Sequence record: PQ451753.1
Strand: one strand, 5' to 3'
Length of the DNA: 64,000 nt
Shown piece by piece: positions 25,528-35,610 of the stretch (its first letter is position 1; each line of letters begins with the position of its first letter). The translations under genes were made by a program, and so were the position numbers. Under the pieces are notes generated by a model, which saw only the letters and a program-made list of their open reading frames with translations, was not told the origin of the DNA and searched no databases.

Positions 25528-27663
25528 ATGACTTTTCAAACTACATTCAAGCTAGAAGACTTCAACAAAGCTTGTAACGACCTACGTGATTGCGTTTGTG
25601 ACGACGGCGATAAAACACTTGATAAATGGATTGCGTTGGTTGAGAAACATGCTAAAGATGGTGAGATTACATTCACCAAACAAATCGTGACTAACATGTC
25701 GCGTTATGCACGCGCGCTTGCGGACACTACGGTACGTTACGTATTAGGCGAAGATGAGTTCCCGGTTGAAATGCAGTACTGCTTCTGGGCACTGGACGTA
25801 CATTGGGTTCCAGGTCGCGTCCATCAAGTAGAAGGTCGTAAAGAAGGTTTGTTGTGGGTAGAGAAACACATGCCGGAGCGCTTTGATGCAGAATTGGAAG
25901 ATTACATTACAGGTGTTTCGTACGACACTCGTAAAGAGTATCGTAACATCTGGCCAAACCATCCGGTCGTCAAAGAGCATGTACTTACTGTCTCAGAAGT
26001 CATCGAGCGTCATAGTTTCGACCCTACAGAGCATGCATGTCTAGAGGGTTTACTGTTAGAGCTATCGAACTACGGACATTCACGTAAAGATAATGAAACC
26101 ATCACTGTTATTTACCAACATATGGATGCATTGCTTGACAACGATTCGGTATTTGATGCAATACGCCAAAGCGACTTAATCGTGGGCATTTTCACTGAAA
26201 TCTTCAAGGCACCTAAAGCACGCACTGCGTACTGGGAGCGTATTAAGGCACGTGGCATCACCATTGAAGACACAGGTGACCGTAAAGTAGTGACTGGATA
26301 TAATGATTGGTTTATTAATCTGTCTAACCGCACTATTGGTTTCCTAAACACGCTTAATGAACTATGGGATGTCTACCTGCCAACAGAAGCAACTCCTGCA
26401 CGCATTGTGTCACGACACTTTGAGATTGTAGGCACGCTGCCTTTGGAATGTAAGCCACACTACACAGACCTACCTCTGGAAGCAGTTCGTTCACTATATC
26501 CAGACTTCCGTGTAACATCGTTCGAAGACTTTATTAATGGCGAACCTACATCAGACCCTCTGATTATTACGTTCCCAGAACGTCGTACGTTAGCCTCGGT
26601 ATTATTGCGCAAGCATAGTGACCAACTGAAAACGCCTGAGTCTGTGACTAATCCAGTCATCTACGTAGGGTGGCCAGACACGTTCAAGTATGGACAGCTT
26701 AACATCGTTGAGCATGACGGTATGTTGGAAGTAGTTAAGCGCGATAGTCAATTCAGTCGCCGTTACGCAACCATGTTAGGTAGCCACCCTGCACCAACAG
26801 ATCTAAGTAACGTCTATTTGGACAATAACACCAAGTCGTATAATCTGGATAACGTATTGGAGGAGGAGCTTGAATCCAGTGAGTACTTTGGACGTAAGCG
26901 CGGTATCTTACGTGCGGTAGGTGAGTCTGAGGCACGCCATGTCGGACGCGGTTTTGCAACACCACGTATCTTTAATGATATTGAGATGATGTCAGACATC
27001 CATTTAGCAACAATGGCACGTCAGATGGGTAAGACACAAATGGTTGGTCAGTACTTTAAAGACATGTTGGCTGAGCGTAATAAAGACTTCGACGGTGATG
27101 AACTTAATTTCCGTGTGACCAAAGAACCGTTCCCAATCGAGAAGGAAATTAAACAAACACCATTCCCAGTCCAGTACCCTAAGGTACCTAATTACGTTAA
27201 TAAACCAACTACTGAACGTTACCGCTTAACTATGGACAAACCTGTAGCAATCGGCGAAATGGAACATGACTTTAACCCGCTAATGTTTGGTGATAAAACA
27301 CACACGACATTACTCTCTACACCACGCATGTTACATACAACATATGGAAGCAATGCAAGGACGAGACTGATGAATGAACAGCTTTTATCTCGACCACGTA
27401 ACCCACTGATTGATGCTGCCATGGAACATACCGTGCTCCACACTAGCGGTCTATCTAGAGAGCGTCAAGCCATGGTAGGTAGTCATGTTGGACATGCGGA
27501 ACCAACGGTGATGCGTAATCCAACTGAACTAAAGGACGTATTTGAAGAAGGAGGTCCACATTACGTTCAACGTTTATTACCACAAGATGTTGACATCACG
27601 GAAGCTTATCCAAAGACCTACACCGAGGTCAATTTGGCTAGCGATGAAGATAGTGACAAATAA
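25528..27663 (+). CDS. large hypothetical protein, possible distant paralog of 23944-25464
   Basis: ORF track; start at GGAGATAATAATG. Confidence 0.85.
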   Translation: MTFQTTFKLEDFNKACNDLRDCVCDDGDKTLDKWIALVEKHAKDGEITFTKQIVTNMSRYARALADTTVRYVLGEDEFPVEMQYCFWALDVHWVPGRVHQVEGRKEGLLWVEKHMPERFDAELEDYITGVSYDTRKEYRNIWPNHPVVKEHVLTVSEVIERHSFDPTEHACLEGLLLELSNYGHSRKDNETITVIYQHMDALLDNDSVFDAIRQSDLIVGIFTEIFKAPKARTAYWERIKARGITIEDTGDRKVVTGYNDWFINLSNRTIGFLNTLNELWDVYLPTEATPARIVSRHFEIVGTLPLECKPHYTDLPLEAVRSLYPDFRVTSFEDFINGEPTSDPLIITFPERRTLASVLLRKHSDQLKTPESVTNPVIYVGWPDTFKYGQLNIVEHDGMLEVVKRDSQFSRRYATMLGSHPAPTDLSNVYLDNNTKSYNLDNVLEEELESSEYFGRKRGILRAVGESEARHVGRGFATPRIFNDIEMMSDIHLATMARQMGKTQMVGQYFKDMLAERNKDFDGDELNFRVTKEPFPIEKEIKQTPFPVQYPKVPNYVNKPTTERYRLTMDKPVAIGEMEHDFNPLMFGDKTHTTLLSTPRMLHTTYGSNARTRLMNEQLLSRPRNPLIDAAMEHTVLHTSGLSRERQAMVGSHVGHAEPTVMRNPTELKDVFEEGGPHYVQRLLPQDVDITEAYPKTYTEVNLASDEDSDK

Positions 27664-27704
27664 AAACAAATAAAGAGGAGGGCATCAGCCCTCTCTCTTT
27701 TTTT
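27657..27704. terminator. bidirectional terminator between convergent gene blocks
   Basis: A-tract, GAGGGC-ATCA-GCCCTC, T-tract. Confidence 0.85.
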
Positions 27705-27743
27705 GCCTTTACATTATTTTTTTACACGTTTTCACGCTAAAAG

Positions 27744-28376
27744 TTAAACGCGAGGAATCCCGTAGCGGTCAAGGTAACCTGCAATCTCACGGATTACACG
27801 GATGTTCCAACCCCAGAAGTACTTTTCGTTCTTCTCTTGTGGGCGACGTAAGGTGATATGTTTCATGTAGTGCATACAGTCTGCGTTAGTCTGCGCTACT
27901 AAGAAAGCCATCGCATCATCACGACCGCGCTTCTTAATGAAAGCATCAATCGTACCTAGAGTCTTAGGACCCATCCATCCATCTGCGGTAATGTTTGGCC
28001 AGTAGGCTTGACGGTTGTTCAGACAGTTCAGCGTCTCTTGAACAGCCATGACTGGTTCGTCTGAGCCAGACTTCAAACCCCAACGGAACATTGTACGCGC
28101 TAATGAACGAGAACGCTTACACACATCGTCAAGGAACATCGGATGCCAGAACTCCATCTCATATAACCAAAAGGCCATTTCTTGAGTGAGGTCTTTCATC
28201 TGACCATTCCAACCGAATTGTGATTTCAGCTTAGTTGTGTAGCGGGTAGCCAGTCCAATGGTGATACCGTGGTTAGTTTCCTTACCTAAGTCAGTCGGGT
28301 CATTTACATAACCGCCTTCAACATTAGTTTCGCCACGGATGCATTCTTTACGGAATGCTTCTAAAGTAGTTTCCAT
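27744..28376 (-). CDS. glycoside hydrolase family 108 muramidase with PG_binding_3-type domain (endolysin or tail-associated lysin)
   Basis: EGGYVNDPTDLGKETNHGIT catalytic motif; DGWMGPKTL; KYFWGWNIR. Confidence 0.92.
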   Translation of the reverse strand: METTLEAFRKECIRGETNVEGGYVNDPTDLGKETNHGITIGLATRYTTKLKSQFGWNGQMKDLTQEMAFWLYEMEFWHPMFLDDVCKRSRSLARTMFRWGLKSGSDEPVMAVQETLNCLNNRQAYWPNITADGWMGPKTLGTIDAFIKKRGRDDAMAFLVAQTNADCMHYMKHITLRRPQEKNEKYFWGWNIRVIREIAGYLDRYGIPRV

Positions 28377-28390
28377 TGATCATCTCCAAA

Positions 28391-29938
28391 TTAAGATACA
28401 CGTCGCCACATTACAACTTTGTAATGCTTACCACGTACGTCTAACGTACCACCGCTATCACCTGCTTCTTCCGTGTTGTCCATTTTACCCATAAGTGACA
28501 TTGCCACCGTACGAGGTGTTGAACGACCTGTTTCTACAGAACGACCCCAAGTGTTATCAGTCGGTACTGGCACTTCTGCCTGACCTGCTGAAGATTGACC
28601 GTGAGTACGATACTTAGTAACACGTGCGTATTTGTGGTCGTGTTTAACGAGAGGAACTGGTGGTGTGTTAGTACCAGTAGGTGTCGTGGTTGGGTTGCCT
28701 GTAGTTGACAACAGATTGGAATCGTCGTCAAGTTTAGACCATGCGCCCGGATAACCGTAAGTTGACGGGTTAGCTTTGTTCAGAGTGATTAGGACATGCC
28801 CTACAGGGAACATCAAATTCAACACTCTTGCTAAATCATCAATCTTATTATCGACCCGTTCAACTTCACCTTCTAAGTCTTCAATCGCTTCGTCGTGTTC
28901 ATTCGTCTTAGCTTCTAATTGACTGATCTTAGTGTCGTGGGTGTTGTTACGGTCTTTTTCGGTTTTGATATCACGTACGTTCTTATCAATCGCCTGTTGA
29001 AGTTCTTCATCGCGGTCTTCAAGACTTTTAATCGAGTTACGAATTTCATCAAGCTCATCATTAACACCATCCATTGCCGTGTTTAAGTCAGCAATAGTAG
29101 AATGTACACGTGATAACGATTGTGCATTTTGGTTCAACTGAATATTGTTGTTGTTCAAGGCTTGAACTAAACCATCAATACGGTCGTTAATGTCAGAGAC
29201 ACCATTAACCAACGAACGGAAACGCGGTTCCAAATCACCTAGTGCTACATTTAACACTTGGATAATCTGGTCAATACGTTCTTTATCGTAACAGTTGACT
29301 TGTTCCGCATTCACCTGATGTGGGTTATCCAAATCATCGAGATGTTCTTGATGTAGTGCACGTAGAGTAGACTCTAGCGCATCAATACGCGCACGGACTT
29401 GTTCGAACTGAGCATTGTCACCAATCATAAGAGTATCACGAATGTGACCTAGTACGTCGATAAGGAACTCAAGACCGAAGATGTCACCGAAGTCGTGCAT
29501 ATGCGGAGTTGGTTGGAACACATCTGGCTTATCAATGACATTCTGCCAGTAAGTGTTCTTGTTGTTGATTTCAAGTGCATCGATTGCATTCTGGATAGCT
29601 TCTGCCGATTGAGCAAATGGGCCACCTACAATGTTTGCACTCACGGTAACGTCAGTAGACACTTTGGTGTTGTGTACTACAATAACGCCACAGATTTCTT
29701 TACCGGGTGTAAGCGCGGTCAAGTCCTCGTAGAAGAATACGCATTCGTAATCATCCCCACGCTTCAGCAATTTACCAGAGTTACGCTCCCGGATAGCTAA
29801 GTCCTTGGTGTAGAACGGGCCATTCTTTAGCGCAAACGCACGGTATTGCTGAGTGCCGAGTGTGTGGTTTTCTTCTACACGGTTTGATTCACGATCACCT
29901 TTTAAATCCAATGGATAGATGAACTTTTTCAAAGCCAT
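28391..29938 (-). CDS. baseplate/short tail-fibre protein with coiled-coil shaft and T4 gp10/gp12-like C-terminal domain
   Basis: N-terminus YPLDLKG...NHTL...PFY...GDDY shared with the fibres; NPHQVNAEQV motif; heptad-rich shaft; MFPVGHVLIT..ANPS...GAW...HDH. Confidence 0.75.
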   Translation of the reverse strand: MALKKFIYPLDLKGDRESNRVEENHTLGTQQYRAFALKNGPFYTKDLAIRERNSGKLLKRGDDYECVFFYEDLTALTPGKEICGVIVVHNTKVSTDVTVSANIVGGPFAQSAEAIQNAIDALEINNKNTYWQNVIDKPDVFQPTPHMHDFGDIFGLEFLIDVLGHIRDTLMIGDNAQFEQVRARIDALESTLRALHQEHLDDLDNPHQVNAEQVNCYDKERIDQIIQVLNVALGDLEPRFRSLVNGVSDINDRIDGLVQALNNNNIQLNQNAQSLSRVHSTIADLNTAMDGVNDELDEIRNSIKSLEDRDEELQQAIDKNVRDIKTEKDRNNTHDTKISQLEAKTNEHDEAIEDLEGEVERVDNKIDDLARVLNLMFPVGHVLITLNKANPSTYGYPGAWSKLDDDSNLLSTTGNPTTTPTGTNTPPVPLVKHDHKYARVTKYRTHGQSSAGQAEVPVPTDNTWGRSVETGRSTPRTVAMSLMGKMDNTEEAGDSGGTLDVRGKHYKVVMWRRVS

Positions 29939-29982
29939 GCGTGTTCATGCGGGTGTTACCACCCGCATCCCTGTTTTAATGG

Positions 29983-30378
29983 TTAATCTTCACCGACAGG
30001 CGACTTAGGCCAAACGACTTTATCAAGACTTGTGAAGTCCATGTTGTAAAGCTCAGCTCGGTATTTACGCCATGCTGTTAGTTCTGCGTCAGCCTTCTCT
30101 GATGGTGTAAACTCTACGACATCATTCAAAGTATCAATTTGACTTTTGGCAGTTTCCATCTCATGAGCGTGTTTAGCCTTGGCTTGTTCGAGTAATTCTT
30201 CATCTGTATGAACTAAATCAACGATGATATCATTACCCTCTTCATCCTTACTCAACATGATCTTACCAATGTCATAAGACACTGCTGAGTACAGCATGAC
30301 AATACCTTCAGGTACAACAGGTTCAATATCAATAGACCATTGACAACGTCCAGTTTCTTTATTAAAACCGTAATACAT
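29983..30378 (-). CDS. tail fibre assembly chaperone (Tfa-like)
   Basis: QIDTLNDVV...LTAWRKYRAEL...VVWPKSP. Confidence 0.85.
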   Translation of the reverse strand: MYYGFNKETGRCQWSIDIEPVVPEGIVMLYSAVSYDIGKIMLSKDEEGNDIIVDLVHTDEELLEQAKAKHAHEMETAKSQIDTLNDVVEFTPSEKADAELTAWRKYRAELYNMDFTSLDKVVWPKSPVGED

Positions 30379-30379
30379 T

Positions 30380-33300
30380 TTACACCTCTGGTTTCTTACG
30401 GGCGATTAGATAGTAACGAGCAGTACTGCCCGCAGGATTAGTTACAGCCGCGCTGCCTTTAAGCTTAGTTGTAATGTTGACAGTAAGTCCCGATAGCCAA
30501 GCTCTAGCATAAGCCAGTTTAACACTAGACCCACTTGTGTTGAATGCTACCACTGCATGACAATCGGCTTCTGTAAAGCCCGCAGGGATAGGAATCTTGT
30601 TACCCGGAGCAATGACACCAGTAGCGAACTTAACGGACTCTGCTTGCCTCTCAGAGAGGATACGGATGGTATCCGCAGACGCATAGTAGTTACCAACGTT
30701 TTCGTCAGGACGAAGGATGTTGATAAACGTTGAGTTTGGTTGTGACATACAACCATAACCGAATCTGCCACCTGAACGGAACTGCTGTAGTTCAGTGAAC
30801 TCTTGCAAATCAAATTCATGGACTAATTCAATTGCACTCTTACCATGGTCTTCTAGGTTTGTACTCTTGACGAAGTTTGTAGCCGAAACTGTAAACTTGT
30901 CGCCAGAACGAACCGCAGTAATACGTGAGTAGTTACCTGACCAACCACCAACACTTGAAGTACCACCGCCAGTACGAATCAATTTACGAGATGGTAAGTG
31001 GTAATCATACCAAATATCAAATCGTCCATTAATTACCATATGCGCTTCGGTAGAACGTGCGCGTACTGCACAGATGGTGTGTTCAATACCTTGAGCATCT
31101 TCAACAAACGCTAGGATGATTACTAGGCCATCGTTATCACCATCAGGTGAACCTACTAACGTATCGAAGACGTAATCGCCAACCGGAGCCGGGCTTACGA
31201 AACCTACGAACGTTGCAGAGTTGATTGTACACTTAAGCGTATCAGTTGCTTCAGTATACGTCCAACTGTTTAACTCACCTGGATTGTGTGGCTGTTGCGC
31301 ACTATCTTTAAAGTGGGAGATACGATCCCAAGTATCGAATACTTCTTTAAAGGTAGGTAGCGTTAGCGTATGAATCATCCCCATATTCTCAACATTACCC
31401 AAACTAAATGAGTGTTTGTCAAGGTCAGTGATGTCATTATGCGCACGCTGATCATACTCGTGGTCTTCCAACTCATACAACGTACCTAAACGTGTAGCAC
31501 GCGAAACTTTCAATTCTACAATTTGGGTATCGTTAGTAATCGCATAACCGATGTACATCTCTGTATCGGTATCTTCAGTCTTCGTTAGACTAAAACGATA
31601 GCTACCAACACCATTACCGTTCGAATCGTACGATACACTTACGTAGATATAGAACGTTTTGTTTTGGTAACTTGGGAATCCTGACAACTTCGATAAGTCA
31701 AAGTTTTGTACAGGGAGTGTAACCTCTTCCCCACTAACGTAGAATCTTGCCTCCTCGGTAAAGTAAACCACCCAACCAGACGCTACTTGCGTAGCATGAA
31801 TGATTTGAGAACTACGGTAACTGTTACCCTGAATCTCCGCAACTGTACGACCTAGACTCTTAGCCGAAACAACCTGCGCCGAGTATTCATTCACCGTATC
31901 CACCAAACCAAGGTCCGGATGCCAGTACGATGCGTACATCACGTGCGTGTGAGCATTACGATTACGGAAGTGTAGAACACTACCATCATCTTTATCCAGA
32001 ACAAACTGGAAGATATGACCGCCTGAGTGACCTACGTAGTTTACATACAGCGAATGGTTAAGACAGAACACTTTATGCCCATCGTCAGTTACGCCGCATG
32101 TATTCATACCGAACGATTCATACGAACCCCAACTGGTCACAGAGTTGTTCCAGTTAGCATTAGTAATTAAGTCGCCAATATTCACACTCGTTACGGTGTT
32201 ACCCGACATACCGATCGTACACTTATGCAGTGCTGTAAATACACGGCGTGAAGTCTTCTCAGGATTTGCCCAGTGCACGTAGGTGTATTGGATAAAGCAG
32301 TCAAGTGTATTAGCGCCCGCTTCCCAATCACCGAACACTTGTAACATTACACGGTCATCCCAAAGAGAGCGACCATCTGTTGCAGTATGCAGTGCTCTAA
32401 ATCGTGTACGTAGGTCGTTAATCAAGTTATCCGTCCAAGTCACTTCAGTCGTTGCCGTTTCATTGACTATTTTTGACATACTTGATTTGTACGACGATGA
32501 CAATACAAAACCTTCGTTACGGTTTGTTTCCCAGTTCATTGGCACTCGAAGCATTCTTGCATTCTCACCACTAGGTAACAAACGGCGGTCTGGAGTTGGA
32601 CCCCAACCTGTACCGTCTTCTACGTAACTACCGTTCATGTCATAAGTACATATCGTATCACGACCATCAGTTTGATCACTGATAAGTTTGTTCCCCGGTA
32701 GGAAACCCATGAACTTAGTACCTGCACCCACCACAGAACCGTAAGCACCTTCTAAGTCAGCAGCTGCAATAGTTGTCGGTCTTGACTTACCTGCTTCGAT
32801 ATAATCGAAGATTTCTAACCCGTCAGCTGAACCGAACTCATACACTCTTGGAATGTATGTTGTACCGTAGAAACGGAATGCAAACATCCTGTCCTTACTG
32901 ATTAACACCGGAGCGTTGTTGTTCGGGTTGGCACCAACCCACGCCTCAGCAGGAGCAGACTTACCCGCAGGCATCGCCCATCGGTTGTTATACAACTCAA
33001 TTGGGAAACAGTCTGCATTATCCGACACCATCTGCATTGTATCTAAATCCAACACAAACGAATGTGATAACGGATAACCTGTCGAACCATCAGAACGCGA
33101 GTAATACGTTCTACCGTAAACCTGAACGCGTAACTTATTATCCTTAATATAGAACATTGAGTTTTGCGTTGAGTGGCGAACGTTATTTGACCCCGTCCAG
33201 TGACCGTTATCACGACGGTGAATGATTGGCTTACCACCATCCAAAGTTGTTGATTGACCGATGTTAGTAAAGAAGAACGTATCAATATCACTTTGTGACT

Positions 33301-35527
33301 TACCGTTCCAGTCATCACCATTTAGACCCACACGTTCTAACGTGATTGGACGACCTGCTTCGATATCTGAAATCTTAGCTTTCCAGTGTCGGCTATAGCT
33401 ACCACCATTACCAAAATAGTGGTAGTGGAAGTGAACTTCATTCTTATACAAGAAGATAGAACAACCGTTACCTAACGGACAGCCATTTAAGTTAACAATT
33501 TCAGTACCAACGTGCTTAGTCATATCCATGGTACTACGTGTCAGTACTAAGTAGTACTTACCGTTGATTGTAGACAATGGGAATACTGAATCACTACCAC
33601 GATGGACGTGGCTTACACGATCACCGTCTTCAATAAAGCTTGGACGGTATTCAGTCGTCGTTGTTACGGTTTTAGAGAACGAGCCGTCCGTCTTAAATTC
33701 ACCGTACCAATAATACACACCACGAGTTGCATGGTCAGCACCGTTACGTAATAGCACGAGACGACCATCGGCTTCAATACAACCTACTGCAACACCAGAA
33801 CCTGTACCTGCTGCACCGTATGAACCCAACACAGGTAATGGGAGATAACCAAACCCACCATATTGCATAATGTCAAATGGTAGCGATGGCATCTTACCAC
33901 TTAAGTTGTTTTCTGCAACTAACTGCTCTTGGTAAGGGTCGTTTAACATCGACGGCGTTGCCGCAATGTCAGTACGACCTGAACGTGTTGGCGTTATCTT
34001 AGTCAGACCGTAGGTATCATGGTTTGCAAGTGGGATGTTCTTAAAGTCACTTGGATCATGAGTGTGCGATGCATTTGCTTTCTTCGCAGCCTCTGACTTA
34101 AACGCATTACTAGCAGGTTTATCGCCCGGTGCCGTATTGTTGACTTTACCTAGACCTAAATCACTCGCCGTGATTGTAATGTCTTTGTTAAGTCGATGAC
34201 CATTAATAGTAAAGGTATTGTCTAATTTCCCACTCACTAACTGATTAAGACGATACAGAGCACGACCAGAAGCCGCACGTGACTTATCAGACGAATAGAT
34301 AGAGTGGCTTAGACGATAGACACCGTTTGTATCAGTAGCTACCTCAGGGAACGTTGCGTAGCCTGTTAATGGCGAGCCTTTAATACCACGACCTGTTAAG
34401 TAAACCGTTTCAGTCTCACCAGTATGGATGATCGTATCTACATAATCAGGCGGCGGCATGAAGTCAGCAATGTTACCAACGTGGATTAAGAAGAACCCGT
34501 TATAAACTGCTGTGTTGTCATTTCCTGCATCAGAGTGGACAGACAGTAAGTTATCACCTGCACGTAGAGACGATGAGATGTTGTCATTACTGTTAGCAGC
34601 ATCACCATCTAGGATGATGTTACTGTTAGATACGATGTTTAGGTCACCGTTAACCAAACTAATAACTGCTGCACCATTTTCATTTCGAATGACTACGTTT
34701 GAGCCATCAAAACGAACACGCCCTTCTAGTGAATCGCCGATTAGACGGAATAGGTTATCCGTATCTTCCGCATTCTCACCTAGTAGGTTAATAAGTGTTA
34801 CCAAATCAGCAAGAACATAACCGTAGGCTTTTACGGAATCAACCGCAGTGGCATCACGGTGCAATGCACCTAGTTGTTCTGCTGTAATGCGATGTCGGCC
34901 ACGTTTTGATTCGTGGTTATCAACATCGTGAGCATGGATTTTATCAGTCAGTGAAACTAAAGCTTCAATGACATTATCGTAACCTTGCTTTTGTGCTTCG
35001 TTAAGGCGCTCTAATGCTTTTCTAACGCGGTCTAGGGCACCAGTTGGTAAATCGTTAGCAATCGCCTCATCGATGTTCTCAGGCGCATCTACGGACGGGA
35101 TAGCCATCTCGTAGCGCATGACATCTTCCCAGTCTAAGTTACGTGGGTCACGTAAGTCAACTTGGTTAAGATGTACATCGATGATTCGCTTAAGCATGTT
35201 ATAGCGACCACCGAGAGTTCGGTATTTTACGAATTCAATAGTGCCAGATAACGTTTGATCGATTATCATCACACTACCGAAGATAGGCATCTTGTTTTCT
35301 ACAGACGCTGCTTCGTAATAATGACCGAGGTAGTAGTCAATACCTTCGTAAAGGGGACGATCTTCCTCTACATGACGTAGTGTGAGATCTTTGCGATAGA
35401 ACGGCGCAAACAGAGGAATGATACAACCCCATTTATTAGGGTAGTCCTCAAGCTTGTGCTGTTCCCCTTTGACCAAACATGCAGGATTTGTTCCGGCAGG
35501 GTCGTAAGGATAAGCGTAATCTGACAT
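30380..35527 (-). CDS. giant tail fibre / receptor-binding protein (1715 aa)
   Basis: YPYDPAG N-terminal anchor, HTH/LGLGKVNNT fibre motifs, central beta-rich domain, C-terminal lectin-like domain. Confidence 0.8.
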   Translation of the reverse strand: MSDYAYPYDPAGTNPACLVKGEQHKLEDYPNKWGCIIPLFAPFYRKDLTLRHVEEDRPLYEGIDYYLGHYYEAASVENKMPIFGSVMIIDQTLSGTIEFVKYRTLGGRYNMLKRIIDVHLNQVDLRDPRNLDWEDVMRYEMAIPSVDAPENIDEAIANDLPTGALDRVRKALERLNEAQKQGYDNVIEALVSLTDKIHAHDVDNHESKRGRHRITAEQLGALHRDATAVDSVKAYGYVLADLVTLINLLGENAEDTDNLFRLIGDSLEGRVRFDGSNVVIRNENGAAVISLVNGDLNIVSNSNIILDGDAANSNDNISSSLRAGDNLLSVHSDAGNDNTAVYNGFFLIHVGNIADFMPPPDYVDTIIHTGETETVYLTGRGIKGSPLTGYATFPEVATDTNGVYRLSHSIYSSDKSRAASGRALYRLNQLVSGKLDNTFTINGHRLNKDITITASDLGLGKVNNTAPGDKPASNAFKSEAAKKANASHTHDPSDFKNIPLANHDTYGLTKITPTRSGRTDIAATPSMLNDPYQEQLVAENNLSGKMPSLPFDIMQYGGFGYLPLPVLGSYGAAGTGSGVAVGCIEADGRLVLLRNGADHATRGVYYWYGEFKTDGSFSKTVTTTTEYRPSFIEDGDRVSHVHRGSDSVFPLSTINGKYYLVLTRSTMDMTKHVGTEIVNLNGCPLGNGCSIFLYKNEVHFHYHYFGNGGSYSRHWKAKISDIEAGRPITLERVGLNGDDWNGKSQSDIDTFFFTNIGQSTTLDGGKPIIHRRDNGHWTGSNNVRHSTQNSMFYIKDNKLRVQVYGRTYYSRSDGSTGYPLSHSFVLDLDTMQMVSDNADCFPIELYNNRWAMPAGKSAPAEAWVGANPNNNAPVLISKDRMFAFRFYGTTYIPRVYEFGSADGLEIFDYIEAGKSRPTTIAAADLEGAYGSVVGAGTKFMGFLPGNKLISDQTDGRDTICTYDMNGSYVEDGTGWGPTPDRRLLPSGENARMLRVPMNWETNRNEGFVLSSSYKSSMSKIVNETATTEVTWTDNLINDLRTRFRALHTATDGRSLWDDRVMLQVFGDWEAGANTLDCFIQYTYVHWANPEKTSRRVFTALHKCTIGMSGNTVTSVNIGDLITNANWNNSVTSWGSYESFGMNTCGVTDDGHKVFCLNHSLYVNYVGHSGGHIFQFVLDKDDGSVLHFRNRNAHTHVMYASYWHPDLGLVDTVNEYSAQVVSAKSLGRTVAEIQGNSYRSSQIIHATQVASGWVVYFTEEARFYVSGEEVTLPVQNFDLSKLSGFPSYQNKTFYIYVSVSYDSNGNGVGSYRFSLTKTEDTDTEMYIGYAITNDTQIVELKVSRATRLGTLYELEDHEYDQRAHNDITDLDKHSFSLGNVENMGMIHTLTLPTFKEVFDTWDRISHFKDSAQQPHNPGELNSWTYTEATDTLKCTINSATFVGFVSPAPVGDYVFDTLVGSPDGDNDGLVIILAFVEDAQGIEHTICAVRARSTEAHMVINGRFDIWYDYHLPSRKLIRTGGGTSSVGGWSGNYSRITAVRSGDKFTVSATNFVKSTNLEDHGKSAIELVHEFDLQEFTELQQFRSGGRFGYGCMSQPNSTFINILRPDENVGNYYASADTIRILSERQAESVKFATGVIAPGNKIPIPAGFTEADCHAVVAFNTSGSSVKLAYARAWLSGLTVNITTKLKGSAAVTNPAGSTARYYLIARKKPEV

Positions 35528-35610
35528 CAGGTTAAACCTCTTATCTTAGTTATTCGAGAATAGTACAAAGGATGATCAACCGTTTGGCTAATCACCCCTG
35601 TACCAATTAA

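Noticed and set aside
27000-27050. Terminase-like Walker A (ARQMGKT) in the 25528-27663 protein
   Set aside because: Isolated motif in a low-complexity tail; no preceding beta-strand context, Walker B or nuclease motifs
35555-35605. Imperfect hairpin between fibre genes (also the 29949-29970 hairpin)
   Set aside because: No U-tract in the sense direction; likely ordinary mRNA-stability or processing elements, with no further evidence
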